This document shows, in pieces, positions 9,781 through 16,821 of a stretch of DNA of 24,000 nt; the stretch's first letter is position 1; every line of letters begins with the position of its first letter. Origin of the DNA: Bacillota bacterium. Its GTDB lineage: Bacteria; Bacillota_I; Bacilli_A; RFN20; CAG-826. Where the stretch lies: NCBI GenBank assembly GCA_023393065.1, contig JAEWMX010000015.1:86505-110504 (forward strand). The letters are read 5' to 3'. Made by a program: the position numbers and the translations under genes. The notes under the pieces are model-generated. The model searched no databases. It was not told the DNA's origin and saw only the letters and a list, made by a program, of their open reading frames with translations.

Positions 9781-10636
9781 GTTTTAATACGACGCGATTA
9801 GTTGTTTCTAACGGCGTCGAGGCCCCCGAAACAACAGCGACTGTATTGATGCCCTCAAGCTCTTTTTTGTCAATTTCTCGCTCGTTTAGAATACGAATAA
9901 CACGAGCGTGAGGAAGTCTTTTACGTGCCATCTCAGCAAGCGATGCGGTGTTGCTGCTGTTGTCACCGCCGATGATGTAGACGAGTTCAGTATTTACATC
10001 TAGATCAAGCACGGCTTTTTGCCTCATGCGCGTAGCGTTGCAAATTTCGTCGGCGATGCGGGCAGCAGGCATTTTATGCATGATTAAATCGTGGATATTA
10101 GCCAACTCAATCTGCGAGAGCGTCGTCTGGTTTATCACCAAAGGTGATTTATCAGCAATTTTCAGCAGCAAAAAGTCTTTTTCATCCTCGATTAAGAAGA
10201 CATCGTCGCCAAGCGATGCGGCGGCATTGGCTTCCGGGTGATTCTTTTTGCCGATATAGATGACTTGATGCCCGTTTTTAAGTTCGTTGAGAATGATGCG
10301 GTGATTAGTCGTGACCATCGGGCATGTCGCATCATAAACGATCATCTCCTTGCGTTTTGCAATGTCATCTAAAGACACTTCGTGGCCGTGGGCCGTAAAG
10401 ATGACGACGGAGCGATTCGGCAATTCCTCGAGCAGCTGAGCGGGTCTTTTTTGGATGTCGCGGACAGTGGTGATGCCAAGATCTTCTAATTCCTGAATGA
10501 CATCTTCGTTGTGGACGATGCTACCCAAGACGAAAACGGGGCAATCGCGATGGCGGCTTCGCACTTCTTTGGCGAGGTTGATCGCGCGGATGACTCCCGA
10601 GCAGTAACCATGGGGTCGAGCGACGAAAACATTCAT
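9764..10636 (-). CDS. ispH: 4-hydroxy-3-methylbut-2-enyl diphosphate reductase (MEP pathway, 4Fe-4S)
   Basis: The three cluster Cys lie in HGYCSGV, DATCPMV and ICNATRMRQ. FTAHGH is also present. The product is 290 aa. Its 3' end overlaps the convergent yqfO by 17 nt. Confidence 0.95.
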   Translation of the reverse strand: MNVFVARPHGYCSGVIRAINLAKEVRSRHRDCPVFVLGSIVHNEDVIQELEDLGITTVRDIQKRPAQLLEELPNRSVVIFTAHGHEVSLDDIAKRKEMIVYDATCPMVTTNHRIILNELKNGHQVIYIGKKNHPEANAAASLGDDVFLIEDEKDFLLLKIADKSPLVINQTTLSQIELANIHDLIMHKMPAARIADEICNATRMRQKAVLDLDVNTELVYIIGGDNSSNTASLAEMARKRLPHARVIRILNEREIDKKELEGINTVAVVSGASTPLETTNRVVLKLNLLK

Positions 10637-10641
10637 GTGTT

Positions 10642-10676
10642 TATCATAGCATAGGCAACTTTATTCCGTGTATAAT
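10642..10676 (+). promoter_or_regulatory. Candidate promoters for cshB-nfo
   Basis: A perfect TATAAT lies at 10671-10676, preceded by TG. It would place the TSS inside the AAGGAG SD (10681-10686). The alternative TATCAT at 10642-10647 would give a ~38-nt leader. I cannot choose between them from sequence. Confidence 0.35.
10643..10651 (-). promoter_or_regulatory. Extended -10 element (TGcTATGAT) 6 nt upstream of the ispH ATG; candidate leaderless promoter
   Basis: The minus strand reads ...cctaTGcTATGATaaacacATG. There is no SD and no good -35. Confidence 0.45.
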
Positions 10677-10691
10677 TATCAAGGAGCAAAA

Positions 10692-12050
10692 ATGAGCTTT
10701 AAATCTTTTAATTTAAGTCCACAAATGATCGATTGTCTTGCTCGCCAAGACTATCTTTCACCGAGTTCGATTCAGACCCGTGTCATTCCCAAAGCTCTCC
10801 GAGGCGGCAATATCGTCGCCCAGAGCGAGACGGGAAGTGGCAAGACCCATGCGTTTTTGATCCCGATTATTGAAAATCTCCAATTAGATAAGAATTTGAC
10901 GCAGGCAATAATCATCGCTCCGACGCGCGAATTAGCCAAGCAAATCTATTCCTTTGCCGAACCCTTTAAAAAAGATTACCCGCGCCTTCATCTTCGCCTT
11001 TTTGTGGCTGGTCAAGAAAAGGAGCGGACTTTTCGCGAAGGAATGCTCGTCCCTCACATCATCATTGGCACTCCGACGCGTTTAAAAGCGATGCTCATCA
11101 ACAAGACATCACTTGATATCAGCAATGTCAAAACTTTAGTTTTGGATGAAGCCGATATGCTGATGGAGATGGGATATTTTGCCGAGATTGACATTTTTTA
11201 TCGAGCTTTGAAAATGACACCCCAAGTGCTGGTTTTTTCGGCGACGATGGAATTCAATTTGCGCAAGCGCTTGGAAAAGTATGTCGGCGCTGATTTCGTC
11301 ATTGAAATGGATGATGTTAAAACGGCGCGAACCGTCTCTCATTATGCCGTTGATGTCAAACATGGCGATCGCCTCCATGCCGTCGAGCTCTTCATAAAAA
11401 CGTTTAATCCATATCTCCTCATCGTCTTCGCCAGCCGAAAGGAACAAGTCGCTGCCATCAGCGCCTTTCTTACGAGCGCCGGTCACGACAATATCATGCT
11501 CCACGGCGACATGGGTGCTCGCGAACGCAAGAGCGCCTATAAGTTAATCGCCTTAAATAAGCAGCGCATAATCGTGGCAAGCGACCTCGCCGCACGCGGT
11601 CTCGACATCAAAGATGTCACTGAGGTTTTAAACTACGATTTACCAAACGACTTGACTTACTATTTTCATCGCGCGGGTAGAACCGGGCGTTTTGGCGCTG
11701 ATGGTAAGTGCTATTCCTTTTACAATGCCGACTCGAGCAAACAGATTGAGATGCTCATCGCTCAAGGAGTGTCTTTCTCTTATTTAGAACTCAAAAATGA
11801 TACAATTTTATCAACTGATAAATTAGCTCGCCGCAATAAGATAAAAAAGAAGATTGACCCCGAGCTTGAACGGCAGATTAAACACGCGACCGCGAAAGCA
11901 AAATCAGATGTCGTAAAACCCGGTTACAAGCAGAAAGTTCGGGATGCCGTCGCCAAGGTCAAGCGCAAGCACAAGCGCGAAATTATTCGCAAGGATATTC
12001 GCCGCCAGCGCGTCGAGCGATATCGAAAGGAAGGTAGCAAAAATGAGTAA
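10692..12050 (+). CDS. cshB: DEAD-box ATP-dependent RNA helicase with a basic C-terminal tail
   Basis: The Q motif is followed by AQSETGSGKT (I), PTRELA (Ia), DEAD (II), SAT (III) and HRAGRTGR (VI). The tail is K/R-rich. The ATG at 10692 has an AAGGAG SD, so I reject the track start at 10668 (GTG, inside the promoter). The symbol comes from synteny with the Bacillus yqfR-nfo pair, not from orthology analysis. Confidence 0.85.
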   Translation: MSFKSFNLSPQMIDCLARQDYLSPSSIQTRVIPKALRGGNIVAQSETGSGKTHAFLIPIIENLQLDKNLTQAIIIAPTRELAKQIYSFAEPFKKDYPRLHLRLFVAGQEKERTFREGMLVPHIIIGTPTRLKAMLINKTSLDISNVKTLVLDEADMLMEMGYFAEIDIFYRALKMTPQVLVFSATMEFNLRKRLEKYVGADFVIEMDDVKTARTVSHYAVDVKHGDRLHAVELFIKTFNPYLLIVFASRKEQVAAISAFLTSAGHDNIMLHGDMGARERKSAYKLIALNKQRIIVASDLAARGLDIKDVTEVLNYDLPNDLTYYFHRAGRTGRFGADGKCYSFYNADSSKQIEMLIAQGVSFSYLELKNDTILSTDKLARRNKIKKKIDPELERQIKHATAKAKSDVVKPGYKQKVRDAVAKVKRKHKREIIRKDIRRQRVERYRKEGSKNE

Positions 12051-12924
12051 ACTTTATCTTGGATCTCATGTCTCGATGTCGGGACCTGAATACTATTTAG
12101 GAAGCGTTAAGGAGGCTCTCTCCTATGGTGCAAATACTTTTATGTTCTATACCGGCGCCCCGCAAAATTCATATCGCAAGCCACTTGGCGAACTGCGCAT
12201 CGAAGAAGGTCGCAAAGCGATTGCCGAAGCCGGCATCGACGAGAGCAAAATCATTGTCCACGCGCCATATATTATCAACATCGGTAATAATACCAATCCT
12301 GCCGTATATGATTCCTCGAAGAAGTTCTTAATTGAGGAATTGCGTCGCGTCGCCGCCTTTGGGCCGCGCATTTTGGTCCTCCATCCAGGAAGCCATGTCG
12401 GCATCGGCGTCGAAGGCGGCTTGTCTTCTGTCGTCCAAGCTCTTGACGAAGTTTTTGCACAAGATGGAACAGATGTCAAAATCGCCCTTGAGACGATGGC
12501 GGGTAAAGGCTCTGAAGTCGGCGCTACCTTCGAAGAGATTAACTACTTGTTGACGCATAGCCGCCATCCCGAAAGGTTGGGTGTCTGCCTCGATACATGT
12601 CACATCAACGATGCCGGAATTAACGTCCACGAAGTGGATGAGGTCTTAAATACTTTTGATCGGGTTATCGGCTTAAGTAAGTTGCTCTGCCTCCATATTA
12701 ACGACTCGAAAAATGTCATGGGCGCACACAAGGACCGCCACGCCAATATCGGTTATGGCGAAATCGGCTTTGCGACGATTCACGCCTACATTAAACATCC
12801 GCGTTTAGAAAACATTCCCAAGATTTTAGAAACTCCTTACATAAATGAAAAAGCCCCCTATCAAAAAGAGATCGCTATGCTTCGCACCGGTGTCTTTGAA
12901 GAAGGCTGGATCGAAAAGTTTTAG
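12043..12924 (+). CDS. nfo: Endonuclease IV (deoxyribonuclease IV)
   Basis: TIM-barrel metal-site strings are HAPYIINIGN, LVLHPGSH, LETMAGKG, CLDTCH and LHINDSK. The ATG at 12043 (MSKLYLGSH) has a GAAAGGAAGG SD and overlaps the cshB stop by 8 nt. The track start at 11944 is an out-of-frame read through the cshB tail. Confidence 0.94.
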   Translation: MSKLYLGSHVSMSGPEYYLGSVKEALSYGANTFMFYTGAPQNSYRKPLGELRIEEGRKAIAEAGIDESKIIVHAPYIINIGNNTNPAVYDSSKKFLIEELRRVAAFGPRILVLHPGSHVGIGVEGGLSSVVQALDEVFAQDGTDVKIALETMAGKGSEVGATFEEINYLLTHSRHPERLGVCLDTCHINDAGINVHEVDEVLNTFDRVIGLSKLLCLHINDSKNVMGAHKDRHANIGYGEIGFATIHAYIKHPRLENIPKILETPYINEKAPYQKEIAMLRTGVFEEGWIEKF

Positions 12925-12944
12925 ATAAATCGATGAAGAAAAAG

Positions 12945-12960
12945 GACATTACTTAATGTC
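12945..12960. terminator. Weak bidirectional hairpin between convergent nfo and ispG
   Basis: The hairpin is GACATT-ACTT-AATGTC, a 6-bp AT-rich stem. It is flanked by aaaaag upstream and attttt downstream. It overlaps the ispG stop codon and its last codons. Stability is marginal. Confidence 0.3.
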
Positions 12961-14007
12961 ATTTTTAATTTCCTCGATTAAAGCTTCAAAGGCTTCGCTT
13001 TCAACGACGGTTTTGATTGTCTTGCCCCTCTTAAACAAAACCCACATCCCGTTGCCGCCCGCCATGCCGTAATCGGCATCTCGCGCTTCACCTGGTCCAT
13101 TGACGACACAGCCCATGACCGCGACTTTCAAATTAAGTCTGTGCTCTTCAAGATAGGCGAGGACGCGCTTGGCCATCGGCACGACATCGACTTGGGTGCG
13201 GCCGCATGTCGGACATGAGATAATCGTCGGATAATTTTCGTATAAGTTGAGGTCGTGAAGCAACCGTTTAGCCGCCAATATCTCTTCTTCTGGCTCATCG
13301 CTTAAGGAAATGCGAAGCGTATCGCCGATTCCTTCGAGTAAGAGGGGGGCTAAACCGGCGGCGCTGCGAATTAGACCGATATCTTTGGGTCCAGCTTCGG
13401 TAATCCCCAGGTGAAGAGGATATGGAAAGACTTCGCTGGCTTTACGATAAGCTTCGATTGTCTCGATGGCATTTGAACCCTTTAATGATATCACGATATC
13501 ATAAAATTCATATTTTTCTAAGATAGCGACATGCTTCTGAGCCGAGGCAATCAATTTTTCGGGACGGGTTAGAACATCGCTTGATGCTATTTCCCTATCA
13601 AGTGATCCGGCATTGACGCCGATGCGAATGGGTATGTGATGGATTTTGCAGGCTTCAACGACAGCTTTGATTTTTTCTTCAGAGCCGATATTGCCGGGAT
13701 TGATGCGTATCTTATCGATGCCATTAGCGATGGCTAATAGTGCGAGTCGGTGGTCAAAATGAATGTCGGCGACGAGAGGGATTAGAATTCGCTTTTTAAT
13801 CGCGCTGATGGCTCTGGCGTCTTCTTCATCAAGAATTGATAAGCGCATAAAATCGGCGCCCAAAAGAGTTGCGCGGTTAATCTGGGCCACAACTTCGTCA
13901 ATTTTGCTTGTTTTTATGCTGCACATGGACTGAATTAAAACGCGGTTTTGCCCGCCGATGGACAATGGTCCAATTCGTATTTTTCTCGTTAATTCTCGCG
14001 GCAACAT
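12949..14007 (-). CDS. ispG: 4-hydroxy-3-methylbut-2-en-1-yl diphosphate synthase (MEP pathway, 4Fe-4S)
   Basis: Cluster motifs are ISCPTCGRT and MGCVVNGPGE. The N-terminal TIM-barrel part reads RKIRIGPLSIGG. The product is 352 aa. Confidence 0.95.
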   Translation of the reverse strand: MLPRELTRKIRIGPLSIGGQNRVLIQSMCSIKTSKIDEVVAQINRATLLGADFMRLSILDEEDARAISAIKKRILIPLVADIHFDHRLALLAIANGIDKIRINPGNIGSEEKIKAVVEACKIHHIPIRIGVNAGSLDREIASSDVLTRPEKLIASAQKHVAILEKYEFYDIVISLKGSNAIETIEAYRKASEVFPYPLHLGITEAGPKDIGLIRSAAGLAPLLLEGIGDTLRISLSDEPEEEILAAKRLLHDLNLYENYPTIISCPTCGRTQVDVVPMAKRVLAYLEEHRLNLKVAVMGCVVNGPGEARDADYGMAGGNGMWVLFKRGKTIKTVVESEAFEALIEEIKNDIK

Positions 14008-14020
14008 AATTACTTATATA

Positions 14021-14029
14021 ATTATATCA
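14021..14029 (-). promoter_or_regulatory. Perfect extended -10 (TGaTATAAT) 13 nt upstream of the ispG ATG
   Basis: The minus strand reads gagTGaTATAATtatataagtaattATG. Overlapping TATATA and TATAAG hexamers lie even closer to the ATG. No SD is present. Confidence 0.5.
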
Positions 14030-14044
14030 CTCGATAACTTAGTG

Positions 14045-14073
14045 TAGATATCTTTATTTATATGTGCTACTAT
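14045..14073 (+). promoter_or_regulatory. Candidate promoter for rpmG
   Basis: TAGATA (14045-14050) is followed by a 17-nt spacer whose last three bases are TGc, then TACTAT (14068-14073), giving an extended -10. The AGAGGTGA SD at 14091-14098 precedes the ATG at 14105. Confidence 0.3.
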
Positions 14074-14104
14074 TTATGAGCAATTTAAAAAGAGGTGACG
14101 AAAA

Positions 14105-14254
14105 ATGCGTGACAACATTATCCTAAAGTGTACCGTTTGCGGTGAAGAAAATTATATCGGTTCCAAAAACAAAAAAAATCATCCCGAGCGCCGTGAAATA
14201 AAAAAGTATTGCTCTAGATGCAATAAACAAACGATTCATAAGGAGAAAAAGTAA
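14105..14254 (+). CDS. rpmG: 50S ribosomal protein L33
   Basis: This ORF is too short for the track, so I translated it by hand: [49 protein letters not shown] (49 aa). It has the L33 CxxC...CxxC zinc ribbon and a good SD. Confidence 0.93.
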   Translation: MRDNIILKCTVCGEENYIGSKNKKNHPERREIKKYCSRCNKQTIHKEKK

Positions 14255-14274
14255 GGCTCAGGCCTTCTTTTTTT
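14253..14274 (+). terminator. Short intrinsic terminator or attenuator after rpmG
   Basis: AAGGC (14253-14257), loop tcag, GCCTT (14262-14266), then cTTTTTTT up to 14274. The stem is only 5 bp. The T-tract runs to within 4 nt of the next start codon. Confidence 0.45.
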
Positions 14275-14278
14275 GAGG

Positions 14279-14932
14279 ATGATCGTTACTCTTCTCAATG
14301 AATCCGACTACGTCAGCAACACGTATATTTTAAGCGATGATGGACGGGCGGTGGTCATCGATCCCGGCTATGGCGACTCACCATCGATAGCCGATTTTCT
14401 CGTCCGTCATGGTTTAAAACTCGAGGCCGTCCTGCTAACCCATGGTCATTTCGATCACATCCGTGGTCTGCCTTTTCTTTTAAAAGCCTTCCCAAACACC
14501 CCGGTGTACATGCACGAGTTGGAGACTGATTTTCTAAATGATCCTCGTCTGAATTGCTCCCATCTCGATGGCGATATCGCGCCGGTAAAGCTTGATTTAG
14601 AGGCCCGAGGGCTAAATGATAAAGATGTCGTCAATCTTTTAAAAAAAGATTTCTATGTAATTCACACTCCGTTTCACACGCAAGGCAGCGCGTGCTACTA
14701 CATCCCTGAAGAAAGGATGGTTTTTACCGGAGACACCTTATTTCGCGGTGCGATTGGCAGGAGCGATCTGCCGACTGGCTCGCCGCGAAGCATCATTCAA
14801 AGCCTTGCCAAAATAAAGGCTCTGCCTCCCGACACAAAGGTCTATCCAGGGCACGAAAAAAGCACGACCATCGAAAGAGAATTAAAATTTAATACCTACT
14901 TACGAAAAGAATACATACCCAATAATAATTAA
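14279..14932 (+). CDS. MBL-fold metallo-hydrolase (glyoxalase II / YqgX-like)
   Basis: The signature is LLTHGHFDHIRG (HxHxDH), with downstream H/D ligands (HTPFHTQGS, TGDTLF, YPGHE). I prefer the ATG at 14279. The track TTG at 14273 is also possible. No well-spaced SD is present. Confidence 0.85.
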   Translation: MIVTLLNESDYVSNTYILSDDGRAVVIDPGYGDSPSIADFLVRHGLKLEAVLLTHGHFDHIRGLPFLLKAFPNTPVYMHELETDFLNDPRLNCSHLDGDIAPVKLDLEARGLNDKDVVNLLKKDFYVIHTPFHTQGSACYYIPEERMVFTGDTLFRGAIGRSDLPTGSPRSIIQSLAKIKALPPDTKVYPGHEKSTTIERELKFNTYLRKEYIPNNN

Positions 14933-14935
14933 CTT

Positions 14936-14944
14936 TGTTATAAT
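14936..14944 (+). promoter_or_regulatory. Extended -10 promoter for efp (TGtTATAAT)
   Basis: The sequence tttGtTATAAT contains a perfect TATAAT at 14939-14944. GGAGG at 14959-14963 and the ATG at 14971 imply a leader of about 20 nt. The same 11-mer, TTTGTTATAAT, occurs upstream of parE. Confidence 0.55.
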
Positions 14945-14970
14945 AACAAACGGCAAAAGGAGGTAGCAAG

Positions 14971-15528
14971 ATGATCAATGTAACAGAACTCAGACCGGGA
15001 AACCACTTTCTAGATGAAGGCATTTTGTACTCGGTTCTTGATATTTTGCTTAATAAGACAGCGATGAGAAAGATGGTGGCGAAAGTCAAAGTAAAAAATC
15101 TCCGCACCGGCGCGATTCTCGAAATCTCCCGCAACAGCGGATATATGGTCGAACCAGTGAGGCTCGACAAGAAAAAAATGACATATCTCTATGATTCGGG
15201 CGATATGCTCGTCTTCATGGATCAGAGCACCTACGAGCAAATTGAACTAGCTAAAGCTAACATGGAATGGGAAAGAAATTTCCTCGTCAGCAATGCGGAA
15301 ATCGAAATCTTAGCTTACGATGACGAGATTCTCGGACTCTCTCTACCTGCGAAAGTCGCTCTGCAAATTGTTGAATGCGAACCAGCCGTCCGCGGCGACA
15401 CCGTCAACAAAGCGATGAAGGATGCGATTTTGGAAACCGGTCTCAAGCTCAGAGTGCCGCTCTTTGTCGAAAGCGGTGAAACGATTTTAGTCAGAACAGA
15501 TAACGGCCAATACGACGGTCGTGCATAA
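14971..15528 (+). CDS. efp: Elongation factor P with a non-canonical beta3-beta4 loop
   Basis: The 185-aa product is collinear with B. subtilis EF-P as I recall it (KVKNLRTGA at 40-48; C-terminal VPLFVESGETILVRTDNGQYDGRA). It has a strong AAAGGAGG SD. Confidence 0.93.
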   Translation: MINVTELRPGNHFLDEGILYSVLDILLNKTAMRKMVAKVKVKNLRTGAILEISRNSGYMVEPVRLDKKKMTYLYDSGDMLVFMDQSTYEQIELAKANMEWERNFLVSNAEIEILAYDDEILGLSLPAKVALQIVECEPAVRGDTVNKAMKDAILETGLKLRVPLFVESGETILVRTDNGQYDGRA

Positions 15529-15539
15529 GGAGAAAAGAA

Positions 15540-15755
15540 ATGGAAACATGGTCATGGATTTTACTTATCGTGCTCGCCCTGATCGGCGGTCTCGTCGGTG
15601 GTTTTTTTGGTTCGAGATGGCTCTTTAAACGCGAACTAGCCAAAAACCCGCCAATCAACGAAAATATGATTCGCGCAATGTTCCTGTCGATGGGTCGCAA
15701 ACCTAGCGAAGCACAGATTCGCGCAGTCATGAACAACATGAAAAACAGTCAGTAA
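15540..15755 (+). CDS. yneF: UPF0154 family small membrane protein (YneF-like)
   Basis: The product is 71 aa with one N-terminal TM helix, then KNPPINENMIRAMFLSMGRKPSEAQIRAVMNNM, which is the YneF signature. AAGGAG serves as SD. Confidence 0.88.
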   Translation: METWSWILLIVLALIGGLVGGFFGSRWLFKRELAKNPPINENMIRAMFLSMGRKPSEAQIRAVMNNMKNSQ

Positions 15756-15781
15756 GCAACGAGCTTCTGACAACAAAAAAT

Positions 15782-15805
15782 GGCGCCTGAACGGGCGTCT
15801 TTTTT
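15782..15805 (+). terminator. Rho-independent terminator after yneF
   Basis: GGCGCC (15782-15787) pairs with GGCGTC (15794-15799), giving 6 bp with one G-U. The loop is tgaacg. TTTTTT follows at 15800-15805. Confidence 0.6.
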
Positions 15806-15925
15806 ATATGTTACATGTTCTTTTGGACGATGTGAATGCGGTGGTAGAAGAACTGCCATCTTATTTGAAATGAATGATGGCAATTTACGAACAATGTCAA
15901 TCAAAAAAGACGATTTAATCGAACT

Positions 15926-15954
15926 TTTTCAGTAATGATTTTTCTTGTTATATA
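15926..15954 (+). promoter_or_regulatory. Orphan sigma-A-like promoter with no downstream gene, pointing antisense into plsY
   Basis: TTTTCA (15926-15931) is followed by a 17-nt spacer whose last three bases are TGt, then TATATA (15949-15954). TATAAT overlaps at 15951-15956. The core cttgttataTAAT resembles the efp and parE promoters. Confidence 0.35.
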
Positions 15955-16004
15955 ATTATGCACACTCTCAATTTAGACTAAATAACTACTAAATATTAAC
16001 TATT

Positions 16005-16718
16005 TTATTTAATCCAACGAACCTTATTTTCTTCGTTGCGCGAGAGCCTTTTGATGTTTTCGTGATGTCGCAAAATAAGAATCGTCGTGATGATGAATAC
16101 CGCGACGAAATAGTCCCATCCGACCAAAAAGAGCGAACCATTTCCCCACATACCAAAATTAAAGAAACCGGGCACAAAATGGTCGGTGATAAACATCGTT
16201 AGAGCCGCTAAAGTAACAATTGAAGAGGCGATAATCGAGGAGAGAGACACGAACTTTTTATTTTTTAAGATGACGAAGAAAATGAGTCCGAAAAGCGAGA
16301 GAAACCAGCTTGTTGAAACGACCATTCCAGCAAGGGCGGAAACCGCCTTTCCTCCGCGGAAATTAGCGTAGAGCGGCCAGCAGTGTCCTATGGCTGCGCC
16401 GAGGGAAGCTAAATAGTAGTAGGCCATTCCATTTCGCCATAATAAGACGGCGTTGGCTAAACCTGTAAAATTGATCAGCGTATAAACAGACCAAATGGCG
16501 AGAACGGCCTTTGCGATGTCGACGATCATGACAGCTAAACCGGCTTTTTTGCCCCACAAGCGGCCAGCGTTTGTCCCACCGGCGTTTTTCGAACCAAATT
16601 CACGGGGATCCTGTTTAAAAAAGACTTTACCAATGACGATCGCAGTCGGAAAAGATCCGATTAAATAGCCAATAATTAATGAACCCAATCCAATCGCTAT
16701 ATTATAAATAATATCCAT
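16005..16718 (-). CDS. plsY: Glycerol-3-phosphate acyltransferase PlsY
   Basis: This is a multi-pass membrane protein with FGSKNAGGTNAGRLWGKKAG (canonical GSGNxGATNxxR) and a C-terminal RHHENIKRL. GAGGA serves as SD. It lies next to parE-parC, as in Bacillus (yneS). Confidence 0.92.
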   Translation of the reverse strand: MDIIYNIAIGLGSLIIGYLIGSFPTAIVIGKVFFKQDPREFGSKNAGGTNAGRLWGKKAGLAVMIVDIAKAVLAIWSVYTLINFTGLANAVLLWRNGMAYYYLASLGAAIGHCWPLYANFRGGKAVSALAGMVVSTSWFLSLFGLIFFVILKNKKFVSLSSIIASSIVTLAALTMFITDHFVPGFFNFGMWGNGSLFLVGWDYFVAVFIITTILILRHHENIKRLSRNEENKVRWIK

Positions 16719-16781
16719 AAGTCCTCACGTGTTAAATGCCTATTTATTATATAAAAGTATCATTACTTTTCAAAACTTATT

Positions 16782-16790
16782 TGTTATAAT
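16782..16790 (+). promoter_or_regulatory. Extended -10 promoter for parE-parC (TGtTATAAT)
   Basis: A perfect TATAAT at 16785-16790 has TG at 16782-16783. GAGGA at 16813-16817 and the ATG at 16822 follow. The -35 is weak. Confidence 0.55.
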
Positions 16791-16821
16791 TACGAATTGA
16801 TTTAGAACACGCGAGGACAAG

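Noticed and set aside
15903-15930. A-run / small hairpin (CGAT-tta-ATCG) / T-run that could serve as a bidirectional terminator for plsY
   Set aside because: The stem is only 4 bp, which is far too weak to call.
15780-15935. A 51-codon ORF (MAPERASFLYVTCSFGRCECGG...LIELFQ) in the yneF-plsY spacer
   Set aside because: It starts inside the yneF terminator hairpin, has no SD or promoter, and has no recognisable motif. It is most likely a chance ORF or a fossil.
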